Shown: positions 35,869-45,114 of the stretch, in pieces
Layout of the letters: every line of letters starts with the position of its first letter
How positions within the stretch are numbered: the stretch's first letter is position 1
NCBI GenBank assembly: GCA_003561965.1
Contig: PWXJ01000317.1
Location: 1 to 46,418 of the forward strand
DNA length: 46,418 nt
Reading direction: 5' to 3'
Source of the DNA: PVC group bacterium
GTDB lineage: Bacteria; Auribacterota; Erginobacteria; Erginobacterales; Erginobacteraceae
Made by a program: the position numbers and the translations under genes
Notes under the pieces: generated by a model
What the model was told of the DNA's origin: nothing
Seen by the model: only the letters and a program-made list of their open reading frames with translations
The model's database searches: none

Positions 35869-36618
35869 ATGCGGATTATAACGATCGGAATAACCTGTCT
35901 CGGTTTGCTCCTGGCGGCGACGGCCGGCAGTTCCGTCCGGGGAGCGGAAGAACCCGGACGGCCGCTCTCCTTCGGGGCGGAAGCCGGGATCTACTCCCGG
36001 TATATCTGGCGGGGGCTGGAAGTGAACGACCAGGGGGTCTTTCAGCCGGAAGCCTGGATTTCCCTCGCCGGTTTGCAGGCGGGGATCTGGGGCAACCTGG
36101 AGTTGACCGACACCCTGGACAACCGGGGGAAGTTCACCGAGCTGGATTACTTTTTCTCCTACACTCACGACTTCGACTTCCTCTCCGCCACCCTGATCTA
36201 CCTCTACTACGACTACCCCAACACCGACGAGGAGAAAACCCAGGAGATCGGGATCGTCCTCGAGTCCGGGGAGCGACTCCTGGCGGGAGCGGAAGTATTC
36301 TGGGATTTCGACCAGGCCGACGGTTTTTACGCCAAAGCCTCGGTCGGTTACGCCCTGGAAGCCGGCGAGCTGCTGCTGACCCCGACGGCCGGGATCGGCT
36401 GGGCGAACCGAAAGTATAACGACTATTATTTCGGGGCGCGAACAAACTCCCTGGTCGACGCGGAGATTTTGCTCACGGCCGAGGCCGATCTCTACCGGGG
36501 CCTTTACCTGACCCTGACCGTCGGGTATTTCAACCTGCTGGACAGCGACCTCCGCCGGGAGATCGAAGCCGCCCGGGACGGCTTCTGGGGCGGCGCCGCC
36601 CTGGGGTTCGCTTATTGA
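35869..36618 (+). CDS. outer-membrane beta-barrel protein (TIGR02001-like family)
   Basis: A signal peptide, alternating amphipathic strands, YSRYIWRGLEVNDQGVFQPE and the C-terminal ...GAALGFAY with an aromatic terminus. Confidence 0.7.
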   Translation: MRIITIGITCLGLLLAATAGSSVRGAEEPGRPLSFGAEAGIYSRYIWRGLEVNDQGVFQPEAWISLAGLQAGIWGNLELTDTLDNRGKFTELDYFFSYTHDFDFLSATLIYLYYDYPNTDEEKTQEIGIVLESGERLLAGAEVFWDFDQADGFYAKASVGYALEAGELLLTPTAGIGWANRKYNDYYFGARTNSLVDAEILLTAEADLYRGLYLTLTVGYFNLLDSDLRREIEAARDGFWGGAALGFAY

Positions 36619-36656
36619 GCAACCATCCGGAACTGGAGTGTAATCGGAGAATAATA

Positions 36657-37043
36657 ATGGGAAAGATCAAGATCGCGGTTATTGACGATGAAGAAGCCGT
36701 CCGACGGAGCCTGAAAAATATCCTGGAAGCCGACGGAACCTACGATGTCCTGACGGCTGAGGACGGCGCCCGGGGATTGAAACTGGTGAAGAAACGCCGC
36801 CCCGACCTGATCCTGCTCGACATTATGATGCCCGGGATTGACGGTTTTGAAGTTCTCAAGCGCCTGAAGGCGGACTACAAGACGATGTCGATCCCGGTGA
36901 TCGTCCTCAGCGCCTGGGCCAGCGAAGAGAACCGGATCAAGGGCTCCCGGCTCTATACCGACCTCTACCTCGCCAAGCCGATCACCCCCGACGAACTGCT
37001 GGAGAAAGTCGCCCAGGTCCTCCGCCGGAAGAATCTTATTTAA
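36657..37043 (+). CDS. single-domain response regulator (CheY-like receiver)
   Basis: Start at the ATG at 36657. KIAVIDDEEAVRRSL, DLILLDIMMPGIDGFEV and YLAKPI blocks. Confidence 0.88.
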   Translation: MGKIKIAVIDDEEAVRRSLKNILEADGTYDVLTAEDGARGLKLVKKRRPDLILLDIMMPGIDGFEVLKRLKADYKTMSIPVIVLSAWASEENRIKGSRLYTDLYLAKPITPDELLEKVAQVLRRKNLI

Positions 37044-37047
37044 AGAT

Positions 37048-38940
37048 TCAAGTGCCTGTTCGGCTAAGCAAGAATCGGCGGTAGAAGTCGTACTCGGCCT
37101 CCAAGGACCGCCGAATCGTCTCCGCCGACCGGAAGCCGTGCCCCTCCCCGGGGAAGTAAACAACCTCCGCCGGGATGTCTTTCCGCCGCAGCGCCGCGAC
37201 CATCCCTTCCGACTGCTCCGGGGGGACGACCCGGTCCTCCTCCCCCTGGAAGAATATGACCGGGGCGGCGATCCGGCCGGCGAAATTGACCGGGGAACGG
37301 GCCCGGTAGAGGTCGGAGCGTTCGGGATAGGGACCGACCAGCCGGGAGAAATAGCCCGATTCGAACTTGTGGTCGTCCGCGGCCAGCAGTTCCAGGTCGC
37401 TGACCCCGTAATAGACCGCCCCGGCCCGGAAGGGACTCTCCCCGGCCAGGGCGCCCAGGGCGGTGAACCCGCCGGCGGAGGAACCCCGGATCGCCATCCG
37501 GCCGGGATCGACCATCCCCTTCCCGGCCAGCCACCGGGCCCCGGCCCGGCAATCCTCGGCGTCGGCCACTCCCCAGAGACCGTCCAGCGCCTCCCGGTAT
37601 CCCCGACCGTAACCGGAACTCCCCCGGTAATTGACCTCGAGGACCGCGAACCCCCGGCTGGTCCAGAACTGGGTCTTTGATTTCAAGACCGGTGAGGCGG
37701 CTCCGGTCGGCCCGCCGTGGACGGCGACCAACAGGGGCGGCAGCTCTCCGGTGGGGAGCCGGAAGGCCGGGTTGCGGGGCGGATAGAAGAACCCGTAAGC
37801 GGTCTTGCCCCGGCCGGCAGGAAACTCGATCGCGGCCGGGGCGGAGATCAGGCCCGGATCGATCGCTTCCCCCCGCTCCGGGCGGATGATTTCCAGCCGC
37901 CGCGAACCGGGAAAATATTCGGCAACGGCGGGCAATGACCGGGGAGAGGCGCCGAGAAAGACCGCCGAGCCGGGGCGGGCCCGGACCGAGGCGATCTCGG
38001 TATAACCGGCTTCCACCTCCTCGAGCCGGTTATCCTCCAGGGAAATTATTCCCAACCTCCAACTCCCCTGCCGGCAGAAGGCGGCGGCGAGCCGGCCGGG
38101 ACCGGTGAAGGCGTAGGTGGAAGCGCCCAGCGACCAGAGCGGCACCCCGAACTCGGCCTCCATCGGACAGACGGAAAAGATCTTTCCGGCGGCCAGGCGG
38201 TAGATATTCCACCAGCCGGTCCGGTCGGAGACAAAAAACAATTCTCCCCCGGGGGACCACTCCGGTTGGAAGATCGATTCGCCCCGGCCCCCGGCGACCG
38301 GACGGGACGCAGCCGGACAACCTTCGCCGTCAAGATCCGCGATATGGAGTTCGGTCCCGTCCCAGGGCATATCGGGAAGATCCCAGCAGAGGAAGGCCAG
38401 GCGTGTTCCGTCCGGGCTCGGCCGGGGAGAGGCGTAGAAATCCCTCCCGGAGAAGAGGACTTCGACCGGCCGGCGGCCCTTCCCGTCGACGGCGACCAGG
38501 GTGTTGACCGGAGGACCGGGGGAGGTGTGGTCTTCCCGGACCGCCAGAACCCGGTCGCGGCGTAAATCGTAAAACAGGTCGCCGTAACGGAATTCCCCTT
38601 CCGGGGTGATCGGCCGGGGACTCCCCTCCGGGTCGAGCCGGTAGATCCGGCTGTCGGCTCCGTTGGAGAAGTAAACCGCGCCCCGGCAGACGACGTAAGC
38701 TCCCCCGCCGTACTCGTGGACCCGGGAGCGGGCGCTGAAGGGAGGGGGGAGGAGGTCGGAAATCTCCCCGGAGGGCTCCCGCCTGACGATGACCGAACGG
38801 CCGCCCTCGGCGGGCCGGGACTCGATCCAGCAGGTATCCGGACCGTCCAGCCGGATCTCGCCGGTGGCGGCGGCGGCCGACGCCGCCAGGGCGGCGGTGA
38901 TCGGGGAATCCCAGAGCCCGGCGGGGGCGGTCTTTACCAT
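37048..38940 (-). CDS. S9 family serine peptidase (prolyl oligopeptidase/acylaminoacyl-peptidase-like)
   Basis: An N-terminal beta-propeller region. The C-terminal hydrolase has the nucleophile elbow IRGSSAGGF, a GEEDRVVP block and GEGHGF. Confidence 0.88.
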   Translation of the reverse strand: MVKTAPAGLWDSPITAALAASAAAATGEIRLDGPDTCWIESRPAEGGRSVIVRREPSGEISDLLPPPFSARSRVHEYGGGAYVVCRGAVYFSNGADSRIYRLDPEGSPRPITPEGEFRYGDLFYDLRRDRVLAVREDHTSPGPPVNTLVAVDGKGRRPVEVLFSGRDFYASPRPSPDGTRLAFLCWDLPDMPWDGTELHIADLDGEGCPAASRPVAGGRGESIFQPEWSPGGELFFVSDRTGWWNIYRLAAGKIFSVCPMEAEFGVPLWSLGASTYAFTGPGRLAAAFCRQGSWRLGIISLEDNRLEEVEAGYTEIASVRARPGSAVFLGASPRSLPAVAEYFPGSRRLEIIRPERGEAIDPGLISAPAAIEFPAGRGKTAYGFFYPPRNPAFRLPTGELPPLLVAVHGGPTGAASPVLKSKTQFWTSRGFAVLEVNYRGSSGYGRGYREALDGLWGVADAEDCRAGARWLAGKGMVDPGRMAIRGSSAGGFTALGALAGESPFRAGAVYYGVSDLELLAADDHKFESGYFSRLVGPYPERSDLYRARSPVNFAGRIAAPVIFFQGEEDRVVPPEQSEGMVAALRRKDIPAEVVYFPGEGHGFRSAETIRRSLEAEYDFYRRFLLSRTGT

Positions 38941-38947
38941 CTTCCCC

Positions 38948-40063
38948 TCACCCCACCAACCCCTTTTCCTTCAGTTCGGCGGTGGCCCGGTCGGAAAAGT
39001 CGCGGGCCTCGGCGGTGGCCGACCACTCGATCAGTTCCCGGAACCCTTCTTCCAGGCTGGTCCGGGGCTCGAAACCGAGGTCCTCCCGGATCCGGGAGAT
39101 GTCGGCGAAGCAATGGCGGACATCGCCCTTGCGGAAGCGGCCGACGACCTCGGGGTCGATATCCTTCCCCAGAAGCCCCTTCAGGGTCCGGGCGATCTCC
39201 AACACCGAGACCTGGCGGCCGGCCCCGACGTTGTAGATCTTGTGATCGGCCTTTGGACTCTCCATCGCCAGGATGTTGGCCCGGACCACGTCGTGGACCG
39301 AGATGAAGTCCCGGCTCTGGAGCCCGTCCTCGAAGACGGTCGGTTGGTGGTCGTTGAGGAGCCGGCTCAGGAAGATCGCCGCCACCCCGGTATAGGGGTT
39401 GGAGAGCGACTGCCGGGGGCCGAAGACGTTGAACCGGCGCAGGGCCGTCACCGGGAGCCCGTAGGTCCGGCCGAAGAGCATCACCATATCCTCCTGGTCC
39501 TTCTTGGCCAGGGCGTAGTAGGAGTTGATCTCCTGCAGCTTCGACTCCGGGGTCGGGACCGGCCGGGCGGGCTTTCCGCATTCCGGGCAGTAAACCTCGA
39601 AGTCGCCTCCGGCCATCTGCTCTTCGGTCCTCAGCGGGGGGGCCACCCGGCCGCAGGAATCGCAGTCGTAGGCCCCTTCCCCGTAGGTGGACATCGAGGA
39701 GGCCACCAGGAGCTTGGTGACCCGGTTCTTCCGGTTGGCCAGGATGTCGAGGAGGTTGGCGGTGCCCAGGGTGTTGACGTCCATATAGCGCCGGATCTGG
39801 TACATCGACTGCCCGACCCCGACCATCGCCGCGTCGTGGCAGATCACCTCGACCCCTTCGACCGCCCGGGCCAGGGCTTCGTAGTTTCGCATATCCTCCC
39901 GGATGAACTCGGCCTCCGGGTTGAGATAATCCGGGACCTCTCCCCCGGGATGGACCTGGGGCTCGATATTGTCGAATATCCTTACCTGGTGGCCCTGCCG
40001 GACCAGTTCGTCCACCAGGAAACTGCCGATAAAACCGGCCCCGCCGGTACAGAGGATCTTCAT
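38948..40063 (-). CDS. NAD-dependent epimerase/dehydratase (extended SDR) with an internal zinc-ribbon insertion
   Basis: MKILCTGGAGFIGSFLVDEL, SSMSTYG and YALAK (YxxxK). A CDSCG...CPECG insertion lies between the catalytic Ser and Tyr (aa 131-175). Confidence 0.85.
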   Translation of the reverse strand: MKILCTGGAGFIGSFLVDELVRQGHQVRIFDNIEPQVHPGGEVPDYLNPEAEFIREDMRNYEALARAVEGVEVICHDAAMVGVGQSMYQIRRYMDVNTLGTANLLDILANRKNRVTKLLVASSMSTYGEGAYDCDSCGRVAPPLRTEEQMAGGDFEVYCPECGKPARPVPTPESKLQEINSYYALAKKDQEDMVMLFGRTYGLPVTALRRFNVFGPRQSLSNPYTGVAAIFLSRLLNDHQPTVFEDGLQSRDFISVHDVVRANILAMESPKADHKIYNVGAGRQVSVLEIARTLKGLLGKDIDPEVVGRFRKGDVRHCFADISRIREDLGFEPRTSLEEGFRELIEWSATAEARDFSDRATAELKEKGLVG

Positions 40064-40120
40064 CGCAACTCTCCTTCAGGCAATAAGATTTTTATCATTC
40101 CCGCGGCCAAAACTCGTACT

Positions 40121-40174
40121 TCGTACTCGTACTCGAGGTGAGCAAGGCCTTGCAGGATTCGAGTACGAGTACGA
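40121..40174 (-). terminator. 16-bp perfect hairpin built from GTACTC hexamer repeats, with a nested palindrome in the loop
   Basis: TCGTACTCGTACTCGA (40121-40136) pairs with TCGAGTACGAGTACGA (40159-40174). The 22-nt loop contains the palindrome GCAAGGCCTTGC. It lies 32 nt downstream of the stop at 40206 and upstream of the start at 40063. The trailing T-tract is only weak. Confidence 0.5.
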
Positions 40175-40205
40175 GAAAAACAGGATACCCGGATCCGAAA
40201 AAAAG

Positions 40206-41126
40206 TCAAACCGGAGTTGTCATCTCCGGCGGGGGAAGAGCGGCCAGGGTTTCCTCGATCGGCCCGGGTTCGGACCCGGGGAAGGGAACGTCAGGGAAGA
40301 GTTCCCACTCTTCCCGGTGCTCGACCGAGTCTCCCGGGGAGAGCGGGACCAGGGGGGAGAGGGACTCCATCTCCAGCATCGCGGCGTTGGCGTAGGTCTC
40401 GTAGGAACATCCGAAGTCGGGGTAGCGGGCCCCGGGGAGGTGACGGTGGAGCTTGCGGAAGAACCTCCCCCGGTTGAAGTAACCCGCCCAGCCCGGGTAG
40501 TTGGGCAAACCCAGCTTGATCGGGCCGGCGGCTTGCCCGTCCTGCCGGAGCAGGATAAACCGGCCGGCCAGGACCAGCCGCGGATCGTCGAGCCGGCTGT
40601 AGGGCCAGAGAGCGAGCAGCCGGTCGGGGAGGAGCCCCTCGGCCGGTTCCGGCTGGGGGATCACCTCCCGGCCGCCGGGGGCCATCACCGTGATCGCCCA
40701 GGCCGCCGGCTCCACCGGCCACGGACCCCGGTTGGTCAGCCGGTGGAGCAGGGTCAGCCGGCTCCCCGAGGGGGCCAGGGTCACCTCCAGCTCCTTCTCG
40801 ATCCCGGTCGCTTCCTCCACCGGCTGTCTCAGGGCCGCCCCGCCGGGGATCTCCCGGACGGCGAGGGGGCGGTTGTCCGGCTGATAGGTCCGGAAGCGGT
40901 CCTCGGGGCTGTGCCAGAGGCGGTGACCTCCGTAGAGCCGCCACTCCTCGCCGCCGGTCCGGCCCCGGTCGGCTTCGTCCTCGAACAGTTCGTTAGCCCC
41001 GCCGGCCAGGCCGTAACGGATTACCCGGGGACCGACCGCGGTCGTCAAAACCGCCTCCACGGTGCCGTTAGTCAGACGTATACACCCCTCCCAGCCGCCG
41101 TATTCGATTTCTTCTCTGCTGAACAC
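40206..41126 (-). CDS. hypothetical protein, possibly with a galactose-mutarotase-like fold (DUF4380-like)
   Basis: 306 aa with a GTG start that shares one base with the upstream stop (TAGTG). It is embedded in the sugar-gene operon. The family assignment is from memory only and is weak. Confidence 0.55.
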   Translation of the reverse strand: MFSREEIEYGGWEGCIRLTNGTVEAVLTTAVGPRVIRYGLAGGANELFEDEADRGRTGGEEWRLYGGHRLWHSPEDRFRTYQPDNRPLAVREIPGGAALRQPVEEATGIEKELEVTLAPSGSRLTLLHRLTNRGPWPVEPAAWAITVMAPGGREVIPQPEPAEGLLPDRLLALWPYSRLDDPRLVLAGRFILLRQDGQAAGPIKLGLPNYPGWAGYFNRGRFFRKLHRHLPGARYPDFGCSYETYANAAMLEMESLSPLVPLSPGDSVEHREEWELFPDVPFPGSEPGPIEETLAALPPPEMTTPV

Positions 41127-42259
41127 TAGACCTTGATCCCATAGGTCGTGAATATATCCCGGAGGCGGCGGGAAAAAACGGTCCGGGAGAACTCCTCTTC
41201 CGCCCGGCGGCGGCCGGCCGCGCCCATCTCCTCCGCCCGCTCCCGGTCCTCGATCAGGGAGGTGATCGCTCCAGCCAGCGCCTCGGAGTTGCCGGGTGGA
41301 ACCAGAAATCCGGTGGCTCCGTCGACCACCATCTCCGGGATCACCCCGACCGCGGTGGCGGCCACCGGGCGGCCGGAGGCCATATACTCCCCCACCGCCC
41401 GGGAGTTCTCCTCGCTGCCCAGTGATGAAGCGACGCAGACCGAAGCGGCGGCCAGAAGCCGGGGGATATCAGCCCGCCGCCCGGTCAGAACCACCGACCC
41501 GGCCAGCCCCAGTTCCTCGATCTTCCGGTTGACGACCTTCTCCTGTCCCTCAAAGAACCCGCCGACCAGGACCAGGGCCGCCCCCGGAATCCGACGGAGG
41601 ACCCCGGCCCAGGCCTCGAGCAGCACCGGGTGGCCCTTGATCGGGGCCAGCCGGGCCACGTTGACCACCAGCGGAGCGTTCCGGGATACGCCCAGCTCTT
41701 CGTAAAGGACCGGGTCGAGGGCCGCGGGCCGGAAGCGTTCCGTATCCACCGGGGCCAGGAGCCGGTGGACCCGGTCCGGGGGAAGTCGGAGACCCCGGGT
41801 CATCCAGTCTTCGATCCCCCGCGAAGAGACGATCACCCCGGAGGTCAGTTTCCGGTAGAGGATCCGGTTGCCCGGGTGACGGTAGGGCTTCTTGGCCCCG
41901 CCCCGGAGATGGAGCAGGGGGGCCCGGCGCCGGGCGGCCAGGGCGGTCAGGAGATGACCGGTGGCCCGGCAGGCGTGGAGGACCTGGAATTTCTCCGCTT
42001 CGATCAGGTCCGAGAGCCAGCGAAGATCGCGGAAGAAATCCCGGGGAGACGAGGAAGGCCGGGGACCCGGCAGTTCCCGGTAACGGACCGACCCGGCCAA
42101 TTTCCGGGCCAGGATGCTGGCCCGGGGCGCGACCAGAGTGACCCTGAGCCCCATCTCCACCTCGGCCCGGAGCACCCCGGTGGCGTACTCCGTCTCCCCG
42201 TTCCAGCGGCGGGAATGGGTGACCAGGAGGGAGGAGACCGGTTTTCCCGGGCCGGTCAT
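41126..42259 (-). CDS. glycosyltransferase family 4 (GT-B)
   Basis: The track ORF extends to 42583, but the first 108 aa are Pro/Arg-rich and overlap the upstream GT2 gene. The ATG at 42259 overlaps that gene's stop (ATGA) and gives MTGPGKPVSSLLVTHSRRWNGETEY. The C-terminal block is SLGSEENSRAVGEYMASGRPVAATAVGVIPEMV. Confidence 0.85.
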   Translation of the reverse strand: MTGPGKPVSSLLVTHSRRWNGETEYATGVLRAEVEMGLRVTLVAPRASILARKLAGSVRYRELPGPRPSSSPRDFFRDLRWLSDLIEAEKFQVLHACRATGHLLTALAARRRAPLLHLRGGAKKPYRHPGNRILYRKLTSGVIVSSRGIEDWMTRGLRLPPDRVHRLLAPVDTERFRPAALDPVLYEELGVSRNAPLVVNVARLAPIKGHPVLLEAWAGVLRRIPGAALVLVGGFFEGQEKVVNRKIEELGLAGSVVLTGRRADIPRLLAAASVCVASSLGSEENSRAVGEYMASGRPVAATAVGVIPEMVVDGATGFLVPPGNSEALAGAITSLIEDRERAEEMGAAGRRRAEEEFSRTVFSRRLRDIFTTYGIKV

Positions 42260-43038
42260 CGGGTCTCGCCGCCCTTCGGGGAACCGGTACCGTCCCGCTT
42301 CTTCCGGGAGATTTCCCAGAGCCGGGCGTACTTCTCGGCCACGTAAGCCGAGCTGAGCACGCCGCTGATCAGACCCCGGGCCCCGTCGAGAAATCCGAGC
42401 CGGAAGAAGTAATTCCAGGTGAAGTTGAAGACCGGGTGGAAGAAGGCCCGGGCGGCGTAACCCCGCCGGCCCCGGGAATAATATTTCTCCGCCCCGGCGG
42501 CGGCGTAGCGGTGGGACTTTTCGATGAATTCGTCCAGGGAACGGTGGGTATAATGTATCAGGGGGTGGCGGAACCAACCGCACTTATCCTCCGGGAGGAG
42601 AAGCTCGTGGACCTCCTCGGTGTATTTATACCGCCCGCGGCGGAAGAGGAAGTAGTTGGAGTCGGTGGCCCAGGCCCCGAATCTCATCTCCCGGCCGAGA
42701 AAGACCGCCCGGCGGCGGACCCGGTAGCAGTCGAAGCGGGGGGACTCGAGTTCCCGGCGGACTTCCCGGGCCAGTTCCCGGGGAACCTCCTCGTCGGAGT
42801 CGACAACCAGGATCCAGCCGTGGGAGGCCCGCTCGACGGCCCAGTTCTTCTGGGCGCCGGGTGAGAGGTACTCCCGCTGGTAGAATCGGTCGGCCCACTT
42901 CCCGGCCAGCTCCGGGGTCCGGTCGGTACTGAAGGAATCGACCACGATCAGTTCATCGGCCCAGCGGAGACTCTTCAGGCAGCGCTCGATCTCCCCTTCC
43001 CGGTTATGGCAGGTGACGATGGCGGATATTTTTTCCAT
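42256..43038 (-). CDS. glycosyltransferase family 2 (LPS core-type)
   Basis: ISAIVTCHNREGEIERCLKSLRWADELIVVDSFSTDRT and a VVDSDEE block. Confidence 0.85.
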   Translation of the reverse strand: MEKISAIVTCHNREGEIERCLKSLRWADELIVVDSFSTDRTPELAGKWADRFYQREYLSPGAQKNWAVERASHGWILVVDSDEEVPRELAREVRRELESPRFDCYRVRRRAVFLGREMRFGAWATDSNYFLFRRGRYKYTEEVHELLLPEDKCGWFRHPLIHYTHRSLDEFIEKSHRYAAAGAEKYYSRGRRGYAARAFFHPVFNFTWNYFFRLGFLDGARGLISGVLSSAYVAEKYARLWEISRKKRDGTGSPKGGETR

Positions 43039-43119
43039 CTCGACTTCCCGGTTTTTCCCCGAAACCGAACCGGAGTATAGCTCAAACCGGGGGGGGAATC
43101 GAATAAATTCATCCGGGGA

Positions 43120-44511
43120 TCAGAGCCGGATCCGGCCGGCCAGGACTTTCTCCAGCCGGGGGACCACCACCGGGATGTCCTCCCGCTTCTTGACCGGGAA
43201 GAAGCGGCCTTCGGTCTTGACCGCCAGGGGCTGCAGCAGCCGGGTCAGGTCGCCCTGGAGGCGCTCGAACTGGACCACCGGGAGCGGCGGACGGTCCGGA
43301 CGCTTGAGTTCCTTGATCGCCACGTAAACCGGGAGGCGGTCGGTAACCGCCTTCACCCGGGCCGCCAGTTCCTCCCGGGACGCCCCGGCCAGGCTGGCCC
43401 GGTCGAGTTCAAAGATCGCCAGCAGGTCGGACACGGCCACGGTGTAGGCGGCGTTGTTGAACTCGGGGATCCGGTCCTGGTCGAAATCCAGCGGGAAGGC
43501 GAACTCCTCGATCAGCTGGCACCACTCCCGGTCCTGCTCCGGATCGTAAACCCGGGCCAGGGCCCCGCCCTTCTGGCCCGGCGGCTTGACGCTGACCTCG
43601 CAGAGAATCCCCGCCCCCTCACCCCTCCGCAGCGAGAGCAGACCCGGCAGGGCGGGATCGACCAGCGCCCCCAGGTTGTCGATATTCGAGATCATCAGGT
43701 ACTCGACACCCAGTTCCAGCATCTTCAGCAGCGGCCGGGACCGGTCGAGGATCAGCCAGAGGGTGGTGTCGAGGTGGCCGGGCGGGTTGTAGCGGTCCCT
43801 GCCCGCCTCCTCGCCCAGCTCGTCCCCGGCCCGCCCGGCCAGTTCCCTGATCCAGGAGGCCAGCGAGGTTTCCAGCTGTTTCTTCTCTTCCCGGACCTGT
43901 TCGAATTCGGGGCCGGGAACCGTCCGGTCGAGCTTCTTCTCCAGCTTGCCGATCGCCTTCCCGCAGTGGAGGAGGAGGTCGGCTTCCGAGGGGATGACCC
44001 GCTTCATTATCCCCTGGCAGTAGGTATAAAGATCTTCCTTGCCGTAACCGCCGTTCTCTTCAAGGATCTCCCGGGTCCGGTCCTCGGTGAAGTAACTGTT
44101 GAGGATCCAGGCCGGGATCGCCCCCCCGTATTCCGCCGCCGCCGCCCGGGAGTTGGCGATCTTCAGCTCCATAAAACTCCGTTCCCGCCCTTCCAGCTCC
44201 ATTATCGGGAAGGCCCCCTTGGGGAGGTTCTCCCCCGGTTTCTGGAAGCGGGTGGCGGCGCCGCCGTTCATAAAGATCAGGCCGAGTTTGCCGGCGGCGA
44301 TGATCTCCCGGCCGCGGGCGGCCTCGGGACTATCCGGGGAAGGGAAATCGACGCTGTCCGAGGGGAGGGGGGGACGGACTTGCCAGGAGTTATTGTAGTT
44401 GATCAGGTTGCTCCGCAGGCTCAGTTCTCCCGCCCGGTAAGCGGCCTGGAGGGATTGAAATTCCGCCTGGTTGAAGCCGTATTTTTCCAGCAGGTTCGGG
44501 GCCATAATCAT
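43120..44511 (-). CDS. UDPGP-family UTP--sugar-1-phosphate uridylyltransferase (eukaryotic-type)
   Basis: The ATG at 44511 overlaps the upstream stop (ATGA), giving MIMAPNLLEKYGF.... Blocks are GLIFMNGGAATRF and MISNIDNLGALVDP, resembling the LNGGLGT and SNIDNLGA signatures of UGPase. The track extension to 44958 is Arg/Pro/Gly-rich and overlaps the upstream gene. Confidence 0.7.
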   Translation of the reverse strand: MIMAPNLLEKYGFNQAEFQSLQAAYRAGELSLRSNLINYNNSWQVRPPLPSDSVDFPSPDSPEAARGREIIAAGKLGLIFMNGGAATRFQKPGENLPKGAFPIMELEGRERSFMELKIANSRAAAAEYGGAIPAWILNSYFTEDRTREILEENGGYGKEDLYTYCQGIMKRVIPSEADLLLHCGKAIGKLEKKLDRTVPGPEFEQVREEKKQLETSLASWIRELAGRAGDELGEEAGRDRYNPPGHLDTTLWLILDRSRPLLKMLELGVEYLMISNIDNLGALVDPALPGLLSLRRGEGAGILCEVSVKPPGQKGGALARVYDPEQDREWCQLIEEFAFPLDFDQDRIPEFNNAAYTVAVSDLLAIFELDRASLAGASREELAARVKAVTDRLPVYVAIKELKRPDRPPLPVVQFERLQGDLTRLLQPLAVKTEGRFFPVKKREDIPVVVPRLEKVLAGRIRL

Positions 44512-45065
44512 TCCTCGGGTTTTGGATTGTCCTCTGTGCCCGATTCCCGGCCGAGCTTCTCGGCCTCGATCAGCTCCCGGACCTGTCCCTGGACCTCCTC
44601 GACCTCGGCCAGGCTGAGTCGGGGGTCGCGGATCAGGTAGGTCTCCCCGGTATCGGTATGCTCGTAGACGATCACCCTGTTCCCCTCCCCGTCCCGGATC
44701 TCCTCCCGGAGGACGAAGACTTTCTTCCGCTCCTCGAGGAGGGCGAGGATATAACAGAGGTTGACGTGGGCGGGCTGTTCGGAGTCGAGGTAGCGGGCCA
44801 GCAGCCGCTCGATCACGTCCCGCCGGATCTTCTCCTTTTCCGGCGGCGGGGTCAGCCGCCGGAAGCGGCTCTGCCAGTAGGCCGCACCCTCCCGGGGATT
44901 CCCGGCGGCGGCGGAGACTTCTTTCCAGCAGCGCGAACAATGGTCCCGCCGGTCGCACTCCTCTCCGGAGATCTCGAGCAGGGTGTGGTAGGTCTGGCCG
45001 GTTTCAAAGGGCTGCTGGCAGGCCGAACAGTTCCGGCCCCGGGCCCTGATCTCCCAGTTTCTCAA
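44508..45065 (-). CDS. hypothetical protein with an N-terminal CxxC...CxxC zinc-ribbon-like motif
   Basis: 185 aa. The motif is NCSACQQPF...DHCSRCW. It is translationally coupled to the UDPGP gene. Confidence 0.65.
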   Translation of the reverse strand: MRNWEIRARGRNCSACQQPFETGQTYHTLLEISGEECDRRDHCSRCWKEVSAAAGNPREGAAYWQSRFRRLTPPPEKEKIRRDVIERLLARYLDSEQPAHVNLCYILALLEERKKVFVLREEIRDGEGNRVIVYEHTDTGETYLIRDPRLSLAEVEEVQGQVRELIEAEKLGRESGTEDNPKPEE

Positions 45066-45093
45066 GGTATAATTTCCCGTCCGGTTGAGTCAG

Positions 45094-45114
45094 CTCACTG
45101 CTTACTGCTTACTG
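45094..45114 (-). repeat. (CAGTRAG)x3 heptamer element overlapping the DUF1844 stop codon
   Basis: The minus strand reads CAGTAAG CAGTAAG CAGTGAG. The TAA stop of 45109-45585 lies within the first unit. Confidence 0.7.

Noticed and set aside
38789-40141. 450-aa plus-strand ORF over the SDR epimerase, with similar ORFs at 3335-4444(+), 7469-8644(+), 12825-13808(+), 16063-16884(+) and 39969-41129(+).
   Set aside because: Each is antisense to or out of frame with a gene that carries clear family motifs. Their composition is the Gly/Pro/Arg/Asp/His-rich pattern of non-coding frames in GC-rich DNA.
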